From the NCBI RefSeq assembly GCF_009914755.1, contig NC_060925.1: DNA of 64,000 nucleotides. One strand, given 5' to 3'. A program made the translations under genes and the position numbers. The notes under the pieces are model-generated. The model did no database searches, was not told the DNA's origin, and worked only from the letters and a program-made list of their open reading frames with translations. Of this stretch, positions 11,060-24,972 are shown in pieces; the stretch's first letter is position 1; every line of letters begins with the position of its first letter. Origin of the DNA: the human T2T-CHM13v2.0 reference genome, Homo sapiens.

Positions 11060-14030
11060 ATAGTAACTTTTTTTCCAACTTTTATTTTAGATCCAGGAGG
11101 TACATGTACAGCTTTGTTACCTGGGTACATTGTGTGATGCTGAAGTTTGAGTATGAATGATCCTGTCACTCAGGTACTGAGCATATTACTCAATAGTTAG
11201 TTTTTCAACCCTCACCCCTCTCCCTCCAGTAGTCCTCAGTTTCTATTGTTGCCATATTTACGTCCGTGACTACCCAATGTTGAGCTCCCACTAAGTGAGA
11301 ACATGTGGTATATAGTTTTCTTTTCCTACATTAATTCGCTTAAGATAAACAACTAATTCTCTTACTTATGCTGACCTAGTAAGGCGGTTTTGATTTGCAT
11401 TTCTCTGATTAGTGATGTTAAACATTTTTTCATATGTTTGTTAGTAGCTTGTATGTCTTCTTTTGAGAAGCCAAAAGCATATGAAAAAAACCATAGTGAG
11501 ATAGCATCACATGCCAGTCAAAATGGCTATTACTTTAAAAATTACTAAAACAACAACAAAAAAAATAACAGATGTTGGTGAGATTGCAGGAAAAATGGAA
11601 TGGGCAATATGGCCATTTTAATGATATTGATTCTTCCCATCTATGAGCATAGAATGTTTTTCCAGTTTGTGTCATCTGTTTCTTTCAACAGTGTTTTATA
11701 GTTCTCCTTGTTGAGATCTTTCACCTCCTTCATTAGATATATTCCTAAGCATTTTTTTGTTTGTGTGTGTGGCTATCGTAAATAAGATTGTGTTCCTGAT
11801 TTGGCTCTCAGCTTAAATGTTAGTGGTGTCTAGAAATACTGCTGATTTTCTTACATTGATTTTGTGTCCTGAAACTTTACCAAAGGTGTTTATCATTTCC
11901 AGGAGCCTTTTGGTGGAGGCCTTAGAGTTTTCTAGGTATATCACTCTATCACAAAGAGAGATAGTTTCACTTTTGCTTTTCCTATTTGGATGCCTTTTAT
12001 TACCCTTTTTTTTTCTTTTGCCTGATTACTGTGGCTAGTACTTCCATTACTATGTGGACTAGGAGTGGTGGGAATGGGCATCCTTGTCTTGTTTCAGTTC
12101 TCAAGGGGAATGCTTCTAGTTTTTGCCCATTCGGTACAATGTTGGCTGTGGGTTTGTCATAGATGACTCTTACTATTTTATGGTATGTTCCTCTGATTCC
12201 TAGATTCTTGAGGATTTTTATCATGAAGAATGTTGGATTTTATCAAAAGCTTTTTCTGCATCTATTGAGATGACAATATGGTTTTGTTTTTAATTCTGTT
12301 TATGTGGTGAATCACATTTATTGATTTGTATATGTTGAACCAACCTTATATCACAGGAATGAAGCCTACTTGATCATGCTGAATTAACTTTCTGATGTGC
12401 TGCTGGATTTGGTTTGCTCATATTTGTTGAGGATTTTTGCATCTGTGTTCATTAGGGATATTGGTCTGTAGTTTCCTTTTTTTGTTTTGTCTTTGCCAGT
12501 TTAATATCAGAGTGATGCCGGCTTCACAGAATGAGTTAGGTAGGAGTCCTCCCTTCTTGATTTTTTGGAATGGTTTCCGTAGAATTGGTACCAGTTCTTC
12601 TTTGTACATCCAGTAGAATTTGGCTGTGAATCCATCTGGTCCAAAGCATTTTTTGGTTGGTAGGTTTTTTATTACTTATTCAATTCTGGAACTCAATATT
12701 GGGCTGTTCAGGGTTTCAATTTCTTCCTGATTCAATTCTGAGAGACTGTGTGTTTCCTGGAATTTACACATTTCCTCTAGATTTTCTAGTTTGTATAAGT
12801 AGAGGTGTTTATAATAGTCTCTGAGGATCCTTTTTATTTCTGTGGGATCAGTTATAATGTCACCTTTGTAATTTCTGATTGTGTTTTGTTGGATTTTCTC
12901 TCTTATATTTGTTTGTTAATATAGCTAGTGTTCTATCAATCCTGTTTATCCTTTTAAGGAACCAAATTTTAGTTTTGTTGTTTTTTTGTATGGATTTTTG
13001 TGTGCCAATTTCATTCAGTTTTGCTCTGATTTTAGTTATTTATTTTCTTCTTCTAGCTTTGGGGTTAGTTTGCTCTTGCTTTTGTAGTTCTTGTAGGTGT
13101 GATGTTAGATTGTTGATTTGAGATCTTTCTAGCTTTTTGAGGTGGGTGTTTAGCACTATAAACTTTCCTCTGAACACTGCTTTTGCTGCATCCCATAGAT
13201 TTTAGTATGTTGTGTCTATGTTTTCATTTATTTCAAATAATTTTTTTCTGCCTTGATTTAATTGTTTACCCAAAAGTCTTTCAGGGGAAAGCTGTTTAAT
13301 TCCCACGTAATTGTGTGGTTTTGAGAGATCATTTTGGTATCATTTTCTGTCTTTATTTCACTGTGATTTGAGAGTATGGCTGGTGTGCTTTCAATTTTTT
13401 TGAATTTATTGGGACTTGTTTTATGGCTAAGCATGTGGTCTATCTTAGAGTATGTTCTGTGTGCCAATGAGAAGAATGTATAATTTGTGATTGATGGGTG
13501 GAGTATTCAGTAGACGTGTATTAGGTCCAGTTGGTCAAGAGTTGAGTTTAAGTGAAGATTTTCTTTGTTAGTTTTCTTGCTCAGTGAGCTCTCTAATGTC
13601 AGTGGGGTATTGAAGTATCCCACTATTATTGTGTGACTAAGTCTTTTTGTAGATCTACAAGCATTTTTTGAAATGAATTTGGGTTCTTCAGTGTTTAGTA
13701 CATATACGTTTAGGATAGTTAAATCTTGTTGAATTGAATCTTTATCAATATGTAATGTTCTTCTTTGTGCTTTTTCTGTTGGTGGTTTAAAGTCTGTTTT
13801 ATCTGATATAAGAACAGTGACCTCCACCCTAAATGGAAAACAAAAAAGAGCAGAGGTCACTATTCTTATATCAGATAAAACAGACTTTAAACCAACAACA
13901 GTGAATCCTTTACTTTCAGCCTGTGGTTATCAGTAAGTGTGAGATGGATCTCTTGAAGACAGTAGACCGATGGGTCTTGTTTTTTTTTTTTTTTCTTTTT
14001 TCTCTAATCTGCTAGTGTGTGCTTTTTAAG
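11060..14030 (-). mobile_element. Rearranged L1 (L1PA/L1PB-age): 3'UTR plus ORF2 EN/RT remnants with internal deletion and two inverted segments
   Basis: Minus ORFs [58 protein letters not shown] match L1 ORF2p. Confidence 0.95.
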
Positions 14031-14716
14031 TCAAACTTCCAGTCTTCTAAGATGCTATCCTCCTAGTTACCCTTGGTGCTTTGCTCCTCACTTCTCCTAT
14101 ACTGCTGTGATAATGTCTCACCTTTCTCTCAACACTCTGAATCACACTCCATGTTGCTACCAGATTTATCTAAAAATAGAGCTGATTATACTTAGAACTT
14201 TGTTGGCTCTTTGATGTCCATTCACGAATTTATCCCAGCATCCTAGTTTAACCTGCAAATCTTTCATAGTCTGTTTCTGGCTTTCCTAGCAAAACAATTG
14301 CCTTACGGAGCATTGCATAAACCTCTGATTTTGCTTCCCTAATCATTTTGCTAGTCTTGTTTTGACACACTAAACTTTCAATTATTTGCCCTTATTAACA
14401 TTCTTTTTTCTGTTTACTATGTTCTGAACTCCTTTTCTACCTAGCAAATTCCTCCTCATACTTCAATGCAAAGCCAGTGTCACCTCTGTGTAAAGCCTTT
14501 TCTGACACCTTCAGGGAGAGCTAGGTATTCCCTTTCTTATGTTCATATAACAGCTTATATATATATCTTTATTATTGCACTTATTAGATAGCATAGAAGT
14601 TATTTCTTTACTCTTCCCCCCTTTTCTAGCCATTGAGATCTTCAGGAGCCAGACTTTGCCAAATGTATTTTTTCTCTTTCCACCTTACTAGCGTGTTACA
14701 TATAAATGCTCAATTA

Positions 14717-15024
14717 GGCCAAGTGTAGTGGCTCATTTCTGTAGTCCCAGCTCTTTGGGAGGCCAAGGCGGGAGACTCACTTGAAGCCAAGAGTTCAAGA
14801 CCAGCCTGGGCAACATAGTATGACTCCGTCTCTAGGTAGGTGTGCTGATGTGTGCCTATAGTCCCAGCTTGAAGCCTGTAGTCTTCAGCCTCAGGGGGCT
14901 GAAGCAGGAGGATCACTTGAGCCCAGGAGCTCAACACTGCAGTGAACTGAGATCAAGCCACTGTACTCCAGCCTGAGTGACAGAGTGAGACCTTGACTGT
15001 AAAACAAAACAAAACAAAACAAAC
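14717..15024 (+). mobile_element. AluJ with degraded central linker and (CAAAA)n tail
   Basis: GGCCAAGTGTAGTGGCTC...; 18-bp TSD CATATAAATGCT(C/T)AATTA at 14699-14716 and 15027-15044. Confidence 0.9.
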
Positions 15025-16019
15025 TCCATATAAATGCTTAATTAATGTTAATAAAGGACAAATGATTCTTTTTGCTGGCAAGATGGAAAAATTTGGATTC
15101 ATAGTTTGCTGAACAGTGATATCCAGAGTGTCTGGCTTAACAGATGATTGAGACCATGCTACCTGATCTTGTTGACTTCTTTTCCACATTGAGATTTCTA
15201 TTTATCTTCAGCCAATCTTTCTACCACCATCTCAACTCACCGTAAAAAGTATCTCATTTCTTCTCCATTATTAACCCATGTATTTTTACTTTCATCTTGT
15301 ATCCTTTTATTTTATTTTGGAAGCATATATATAACGTTTGCCCTTCCCATTCTTTCCGCCATCTCACTCCCCAGCTCCCACGTGAATCATTCAAGAGTTA
15401 AACAAGAGAAATGGTTCCTGTCAGTGCAGGTGATGAAAGAGATCATTACAACATAACTGAAGGTCAAGACAAGGATAAATACCAGCAAAATCATGTAAGA
15501 ATGATGCTATCAGGTAAGCCATGATTGTGTAAGAAAAACCAATGAAAGTTCATTTTTCCAGGACAGTTAATTTTTTGCAGTATGGGAAAGGCTATGTGTT
15601 ATAATAATTTTTAAGCTATTTAGGGAGAAACTGTAATCACTACTCTACCTTGGGACACCTTCATCCTACTATGAAGCACTGGAAATGGTGGTAGGTGAGA
15701 TTGATTGTATTTTCATAAGCCATGCCAGAGGCTAAATGCCTTTGCAAGAGTGGGCTTAGAAGTTATGTCAAGGAAAAACATAGCAGCTTTGGAACTGAAG
15801 GACACTAGAGAATTCTGAGAAGAAACAGAAAGTTTAAAAGGCCATGGAACCAGATGAAAGGAGAAAGGGTAGTGTATATAGAGAAAGAAGTTCTCTGAGC
15901 TGGCCTACCCAATGCCTATCAGGGACTTCCTGGAAGTCTGGCTATTGATACATTTGCTCTTTCATGCTGCAGTGAGATAAACTAGTTAATTAGAGGCTCA
16001 ACATCCAGTGTTCAACTTA

Positions 16020-16237
16020 AAAATATATATATATTTATGTATAATATATATAAGTATAACATATATAAATTATATATATTATATATTATATAAATATATA
16101 CAAATTATATACATTATATGAAATATTATATATAATATATTATATATTATATATTCTATATATAGAATATATTATATATTATATATTCTATATATAGAAT
16201 ATATTATATATTATAGATATAATATGCATATATATAC
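16020..16237. repeat. TA-rich low-complexity tract with duplicated palindromic unit
   Basis: Almost pure A/T; TATATTCTATATATAGAATATA occurs twice at a 32-bp period. Confidence 0.9.
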
Positions 16238-16522
16238 TTTTTTTGAGACAGAGTCTTGCTCTGTCGCCCAGGCTGGAGTGCAATGGTGCAATCTCGGCTC
16301 ACTGCAACTTCTGCCTTCTGGGTTCAAGTGATTCTTTTGCTTCAGCCTCCTGAGTAGCTGGGATTACAGGTGCCCGCCATCATGCCTGCATAATTTTTGT
16401 ATTTTTAGTAGAGTCGAGGTTTCACCATGTTGCCAGGTTGGCTTTGAACTCCTGACCTCGTGATCTGCCCACCCAGGCCTCCCAAAGTGCTGGGATTACA
16501 TGCATGAGCACTTTGCCTTGCC
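16238..16522 (-). mobile_element. AluS (Sg-like)
   Basis: Alu dimer with CCTGACCTCGTGATC. Confidence 0.95.
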
Positions 16523-16524
16523 TA

Positions 16525-16950
16525 AAATAATTTTTATCATGTTAAACATATATAAAATAATATTTTTCATTCTAATCATTTTTAAGTGTACAGTTCAGTG
16601 GGACTAATTACCTTTACAATGTTATGCAATCATCAGCACTATGTCCAAAACTTTTTCATCAACTGAAACAGAAACTCTATAACCATTAAGCAGTAATTCC
16701 CCTATTTTCCATCTAGCCCCTGGTAATGTCCAATTTTATTTCTGTCTCTTTTAATTTGCCTATTCTAGCTACCTCATGTAAATGGAACCATACAATATTT
16801 GTCCTTTTGTGTTTGGCATATTTCACTCAGCATGTCTTCAAAGTTCCTCCACGTTGTAAAATGTATCAAAAAACTTACTTCCTTTTTAAGGCAGAATAAT
16901 ATTTCATTGTATGTATATAATACATTTTGTTTATTCATTTATCTAGTGAC
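16525..16950 (-). mobile_element. L1MB-like 3' end
   Basis: CATTTTTAAGTGTACAGTTCAGTGG...TACCTCATGTAAATGGAACCATACAATATTTGTCC. Confidence 0.85.
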
Positions 16951-17206
16951 CATTGCCCAACTTTATAATTCCCCCACATGTAGTATCTTATTACTGGTAT
17001 CTCTGAGGACAAAGCTCTCTGAGCCTTCTGGGTAATTCTGTATGTGTGTGTTCTTTCTAGTAGGAAGGTGGGAACACAAGATGCCATCTCTCTGCCTCTC
17101 ACTTTATTTCAGTGTGGGTGTTGGATGGCAGTGTGAGCATCCACTCATGAAGATCACTTGACAAGAGACACAGATGGTTTTCTGTCTTTCCTCCCTTCTT
17201 TCCTAA

Positions 17207-17854
<648 letters not shown>

Positions 17855-18589
17855 TGAAGGTCACTAATAAAAGAGGTCATTCTGTCCAATGGCATTTTCT
17901 TGATCTTCATCCTTGTCTTTCTGTCTAGAGTATGAGACCTCACTTACACCAACCCTTGGAAACATTTTCCTTGTTATCTGTATATCCTAACCCTTACCAA
18001 GCTATAATCGCAACAATAACCTTTTATATTTGAATTATTATGCTTACCTGTAGGAATTCTAGTGTTTCACTGAATTTTCTTTCCCAACATCTTTGGAAAT
18101 TTCCAGGGAATTATTTTATGTTTCATAGATTTTTATTCTGTCATATAAATTCTGTTTTATTCTGTCGTGTAATACGACATTTATATGACTAAATAAAATC
18201 ATTTGTTTTTATAAGCATTTTATGCTTATGTTTAAAACATTTTTAATGTTTTAAAAACATATAAATGTTTAAAATCATTTATATGTTTTTATAAGCCTGC
18301 CACCTCAAATAACACAGTTGTATCAATTTCTGTACGTGTCTTCTTGCCATCTCGAGTTGGTTTACCCCAGGCTACTGCCTTTTTCCATATCCTGTTTTCT
18401 TGCCTCATTACCAGACTGCTGCCTCCACTGCCAGTGACCTTGGTGACATTCCATTTTCCTGAGCACCTATGTATCCTGCTGGTAACTCCTATTTACTCAT
18501 TTAATCAGCTTCAGGGAGGAGATCCTTCTTCTCTTAACTGTGTCCCCTCTAAAACATGGGGCAGATCCTTCAATTACTACTAAAAATGA

Positions 18590-19090
18590 CTTCTTGTGTC
18601 GTCCAAATGTAGGTCTAAGCTTGACCTCAGGAAACGTTACTGGGCTGGCACTTGGGGAATACCTTGCCCCATAAGGAGGGCTCCTGCAGAAATGTACACC
18701 CTTCACCGATGTCAAACAGTGCCTTCACTCAGGACTCTAACTCCACTTTTGTCTGTACCTCTCTGCTTTGCTATTTGGTTTTATTGGCTCAGGCTTATAC
18801 ATGGGCAGGGGATGTGTCCATGTGTCCACTGGCTCTTTCAGGGCCACATTCTTACAACACAGAGCACGAGGAGAAAAGCTTCTCTATTCTAGTTCCAGTT
18901 TTATAAAAGACCTCAGGGAAAGACTGATACTGGCTTGGCTTGGGTCATGAGCCCACCTGAGCTTCAGTCATTGTGGTAAAGCCTTGAGGCACTGTAATTA
19001 ATTTAACTGGGTAGGAACCAGCCTGTGATTTGGAGGATGGGGAATTTCATCAAAACAAAGGGATGTGGAATCCTTCTGAGCTAGGTGCTC
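18590..19090 (-). mobile_element. Old MaLR LTR (MLT1J/K-like)
   Basis: CTGGCTTGGCTTGGGTCATGAGCCCACC-type motif; highly diverged. Confidence 0.45.
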
Positions 19091-19528
19091 CTTCCAGTTT
19101 TTATCCATAACATCATGCAGAACAAAGGCCACCCCAAAATGATGCCTTAGAAAGCAGACCCAGCTGCTAAGTTTTAGAATGACTATTACAGTTTAGTTTC
19201 CATGGACTTCATATGAGAGCCACTTGTTTTTCTTCCTTCTTCTCTCTATCTCTCCTTCCTTTCTTCTGTTTATTTATTTTAAAAACTGTTCTTCATCTTT
19301 CTTCTTTTGTAATATTTCTACTTTCCATTTTCTAAAAGCAAGATTATTTCCCAGCTTCTCCTACTTCTGTATCTTTTTGCTCTTTGAACTCTATCTCAAG
19401 CCTAACCTTTGCACAGCTAATTAAATATATCCAGTTTTGACATTATCCCTGAGCCCCAAATAGACGTTTCTAGGTGTTTACTTGAAATCTCCACCCAAAT
19501 GTCTCTTTGAATTCAGTATTATCAGAGC

Positions 19529-19531
<3 letters not shown>

Positions 19532-19572
<41 letters not shown>

Positions 19573-19852
19573 AGACGGAGTCTTGCTCTATAGCCAAGGC
19601 TGGAGTGCAGTGGCGCGATCTCGGCTCACTGCAACCTCCGCCCCCGGGTTCATGCCATTATCCTGCCTCAGCCTCCCGAGTAGCTGGGACTACAGGCGCC
19701 CGCCACAATGCCTGGCTAATTTTTTTGTATTTTTAGTAGAGACGGGGTTTTACCCTGTTAGCCAGGATGATCTTGATCTCCTGACCTCGTGATCCGCCTG
19801 CCTTGGCCTCCCAAAGTGCTGGGATTACAGGCGTGAGCCACCACGCCCAGCC
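19532..19852 (-). mobile_element. AluY with 40-nt poly-A tail
   Basis: CpG-rich, Y-type TTCATGCCATT and TTAGCCAGGATG; TSD TATCAGAGCTACT at 19520-19532 and 19853-19865. Confidence 0.95.
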
Positions 19853-20491
19853 TATCAGAGCTACTTTTTTAGTTATAGACACCTGTGGCAAAATTGTATA
19901 TTCTGGGGCTTCCAAAACTATGTTGCAGGAAAGATATGACCTTTTTGCAAACTTACCTCTAGACCTGAACCAATGAAAATCCCTTGCCCCCTCTGTGTTT
20001 TGTACTTTTGCCTGATCCTGGGATTGGGGCTTTCACACCTTGCTTTGCCCATGGCTTTGCGCCCCGAGTGCAGGCTCTTAACCTTGTCTCCTGTTGGTTC
20101 CCTCTTTCTGCCTTTGCCCACAACTCCCAGCAACGGCGACCTTCAAGTCATCACCCGAAAATGTTTGGTGATAGCTTTAGTCAAGATTACTGTAGAGGGA
20201 ATTCTTGCACAGAGCAGAAGTTTGTACTAAATCTCTTTTAAGATTCCCACCAGTTTTAGGGATTGGTGATTTTATAGGATAAAATGTTTAGTGTTTTCTT
20301 ATATGGCCATATTCCCTTGATTGAGCTGAAAGTCTTTGTCATTTATATATGTTTGGAGCTGATGTTAAATTTTCTTTATGGATTTGCTTGAAACAAATGG
20401 GTCATTACTTGCAGCTTGGATAGTTTTTGGCTTCCATGGATTATTCTGGCTTTGCTATTTGTTTTGGTGGAGAAAAACTCCTAATTAGCTC

Positions 20492-20905
20492 TGTAGCGGA
20501 AACTGCCAGTTTTCTCCCATTCCTCCGTAGTAATAGGCTTTTCAGCTGACACATAGCAGCCTCCTTGACCTCTCAGCCTCCTTGGAGCTGAGTGACTGAA
20601 TTCTAAATATGAAGGAAGTGAGAGCTGTACAACTCTTGTGTGTCCTAAGCGGGAGGTGGCTTACCCTTCTTCTGTGCTTTTCCCTTTCTCCGATGGCTGC
20701 AATGCAGATATGGGAGCAGGCCCCTTGGACTTTAGAGACTAGTGCAATACTCTAGGATAGACAAGTGACAACATAAAAGGGGCCTGGGTCCCTGCATGCA
20801 GAGCTACTACCACCTGACTCGTTTGTGAGAGAAAAACTTTAACCTTGTTGAAGCCACTATTATTTTGGATAATAATAGGTCTTATCATTTAAAACTGTAT
20901 CCTAA
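20492..20905 (+). mobile_element. MLT1J-like MaLR LTR
   Basis: TGTAGCGGAAACTGCCAG...GCTGCAATGCAGATATG...GGCCTGGGTCCCTG...TTGTTGAAGCCACT. Confidence 0.65.
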
Positions 20906-21109
20906 AAAAAATACAAGTTTGCATTTTCTCATAATCCTGTAGTCAAACCTTTATCTTCTGTGTATCATATTGGTTATTGCTATTTAGATAAGTAAACCAA
21001 TAGAGCTATATATGGAAAGTGGATTAGACTGAGGGGCCCTGGAGCCTGGACAAACACAGATTTTAGAATGCAGGAGCCAGGCTTGAATAAAGGAGACAAG
21101 AAAAGGGAG

Positions 21110-21310
21110 CTAGCATTTACTGAGCATCTACTATATACCAAGTACTATGTCAGCGGCTTTACATATGACACCTCATTTAATTCTAAAGTTTACTACTGTT
21201 ATCCTCATTTTGTAGCTAAGGAAACTGAGTTAGCAAGGAGAATTTGGCCAGTGGCCAGTAAGGGTGGAACCGGAATTTAGCTGCAGTTCTGATCCCCAAA
21301 CCTAGCTCTT
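21110..21310 (-). mobile_element. MIR
   Basis: AGCATTTACTGAGCATCTACTAT...TATCCTCATTTTGTAGCTAAGGAAACTGAG. Confidence 0.8.
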
Positions 21311-21429
21311 CTCCCTGTATGCTCGAAGAGAGGGTGGAGGGAGATCTTGAGGGTGGTGAAGAGCTGGAGGGAGGACATCCCAGCGGTCACCAGTGGGGAG
21401 CCTCCTGGGGAAAATGGCACAAATGACTT

Positions 21430-22575
21430 TGTTAAAAATTGTAAATTGACACTTTATAATTGTATACATTTATGGGGTAAAACATATTATGATTTTTGAA
21501 TTCAATGTGGAATAATTAAATCAAGCCAATTAATGTATCTATTGATGCAAATTTTTTGTGTGTGTGTGCAGTAAAAGCCTTTGAAATTTACTCTGTCAGC
21601 AATTTTGAAATGTATAATACACTCTTATTAACTATATTCACCACACTATGCATTAGATTAAAAAAAAAAAACCAAACTTATTACTCCTGTCTGAGATTTT
21701 GCACCCTTTGGCTATAATCTCCCCATTCCCACACCCTCTTCAGCCGCCACACTCCGCGCCTTTGTAATCACCATTCTACTCTCTGCTTCTTTGAGTTTCA
21801 TTGTTTTAGATTCCCCATATGAATGAGAACATGAAATATTTGTGTTGTTTTTCTCTGCCTGACTTATTTCACTCTCTAATTACATCCATATTTTTGAAAA
21901 TGACAGAATTTCCTTATTTTACAAGGCTAAATAGTATTTCATTGTGTATTTACCACATCTGCTTTATCTATTCATCTGTTTTTGGACACCTAGGTTAATT
22001 CTATAACTTGGCTATTGTGAATAGTGTTGCAATGAACATGAGTGTGCAGAGACCTCTTCAAAAAACCGACTTCAATTTTGGGTAAATACTCGGAAGTGGG
22101 ATTGTTGGATCACCTGGTAATTCTAATTTTAGTTTTTTGAGGAACCTCCATACGTTTTTCCATAAGGGCTGTTTACATTCCCACTAACAGTATACAATGG
22201 TTCCCTTTTTTCCACATTCTCAGCAGCACTTGTTATCTTTTGCCTGTTTTGATAATAGCAATTCTGACAGGTATGAGGTGATTTCTCATTGTGGTTTTAG
22301 TTTGCACTTTCCTAATGATTAGTGATGTTGAGCATTTTTAAATATATCTTTTGGCCATTTGTATGTCTTCTTTTGAGAAATGTCTATTGCAGTCCCTTGC
22401 CTATTTTTTAATTTTTTTTTTTTTTTTGCTATTGAGCTGTTCGAGTTTCCGATATATTTTGAATACTAACCCCTTATCAGATGTATGGCTTGCAAATATT
22501 TCCCCCCAACCAGTAGATTGTATCTTCACACTGTTGTTTCTTTGCTGTGCAGAAGCCTTTTAGTTGGATGTAGTT
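21430..22575 (-). mobile_element. L1MA-like 3' fragment
   Basis: ATTGTATACATTTATGGGGTA 3'UTR followed by ORF2-end sequence. Confidence 0.9.
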
Positions 22576-23132
22576 TTAGTTTGACTTGTGACTAAAGGAT
22601 GCACCTGAGGATGTCAGAATGTACATCTTCCAGCAGGAGTCAGGGAACTGAATTTAAGTTAGGAGAGTCAAGGAGCCTGGATCCTGTCTTTAGGTCCTGG
22701 TTCACATTCAGTAGGAGAGGAGTCTCTTTTAAGTTCAATGAAGGCAGATGAGGCTCAAACATTCCTTTATGCAGATCCTTAAAAGAGGGGGGCATAAAAA
22801 CAGAGAGAGAAAAGCCTGCATTTGGAAGTCTGATACAGAGCAATATTCATTCCCACACTAGACTGAGGGAGAAACTCTCACAAATCTGATATCATCATCT
22901 TTTAAACCAGGAGTAGGGGAGAAGCTGTCAGAGAACAGTGCCACCATGTGGCAGAGTAAAGAATAGCAATAGTTGGGACAATAGACCAGCCAATAGGAGT
23001 CTGCAGTAGCTTGCAGGAGACTGGGGTTTTGGGGACAGGAGGCAAGCTGGAGGTGAAAGCATGATGGATAAAGCCTTTTTTTTTTTTTTCAGTACAATAC
23101 TAATGAAGGGTCACTGTGGCCTGGGAAAATAG

Positions 23133-23576
<444 letters not shown>

Positions 23577-24535
23577 TAGACAACCAGGAAAACTTGAATT
23601 TAGTGTTTATCCTTAACTGAGCTTTGTGGATCATGACTAACAATCGCCAATAGCTTGGGAAGTTTAAGAAGGACTTTTTGCGTTTAGGAAGTAGAGAGGG
23701 CAGAGATAAACAAAGGAACCAGAAACGGAGCATTGGGTTCCAGGAGGCACAAGAGGCAGCAGAAGTGACTGAACATTGATATCTTGAGCTCAAGAGCTCT
23801 AAATAAGCCCAGGCAGTTCAAAGCCGGGCTCTAACTGTGGCTGAAATTGCTGACCTGCGTATAGTTTATAATCTTTTATAACCTCACACTCTAGGAAAGT
23901 AATCTTGTGATTTTATCACAGCCAAAATGAACATTTTGTCTCATTGCTTTATACCTGAGGACAAAAGAACTAAGGCATTACATTAGAGATGTCAATCATG
24001 GAGGCTGCCGGCCCTCTGTCCTTCCTCAGTGAAACAGACCTGTGCGTAGCCACTGCTGAGCAGACTTTCCTGTGCTGCCAGGGCCATTCTGTTCTCCTCC
24101 CTTCCTTGCCTACTTTGTAACTATTATTTGGACAGAGACGAGCACTTGATCCACAATTAGCTAGTGACATATTAAATTATTGACTTGACATTAGACAGAG
24201 GTTGCCATCCAGTTGTATTTCTTCTTTCAGGTGTTTGAAATGGAAAATACTGAGAATATTAGATAGTCGGTGACTGTAGCTGAAGCTGAAAGTATGCATA
24301 GAGGCTCCATGTGGGGTTATGAAGAGAGGACAAGCAGGAGCTGGCAAAGATATCCTGCCAGAGACTATATCGCCGAGAGGAAAGTGCTAGAGAAAATTGA
24401 CGATCACTAGAATTGCCTTAGTTTCTGATGGCTTCCTGGTTCCAGGTCCAGTTCTAGTTCTGCTCTGCTCCACATCTGTGCTTACAAACAAACTCATCTT
24501 TTGAGGTCAATTGAATGTCTTTTCCTTGCAATGGA

Positions 24536-24972
24536 TGTATTAGTCAGGATTTTCTAGAGGGACAGAACTAGTAGGATATATATATACACAAAGAGGAGTT
24601 TATTAAGTATTAACTCACAGGATCACAAGGTCCCACAATAGGTTATCTGCAAGCTGAGAGGCAAGGAGGGCCAGTCCATGTCCCAAAACTGAAGAACTTG
24701 GAGTCTGATGTTTGAGGGCAGGAAGCATCCAGCACAGGAGAAGATGTAGGCTGAGAGGCTAGGTCCGTCTCTCCTTTTCATGTTTTTCTGCCTGCTTTAT
24801 ATTCACTGGCAGCTGATTAGATTGTGCTCACCAGATTAAGGGTGGATCTGCCTTTCCCAACTCACTGACTCAAATGTTAATCTCCTTTGGCAACACCCTT
24901 ACGGACACACCCAGGAGCAATACTTTGTATCCTTCAATCTAATCAAGTTGACACTCAGTACTAACCATCACA
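24536..24972 (-). mobile_element. MLT2A (MLT2A1-like) HERV-L 3' LTR
   Basis: TGTATTAGTCAGGATTTTCTAGAGGGACAGAAC...CAGTACTAACCATCACA, adjoining the polypurine tract (plus AGTCCACCCTTTGTC). Confidence 0.92.

Noticed and set aside
24040-24530. Possible ancient MLT1/LTR host of the chimera
   Set aside because: Too diverged to name or bound confidently
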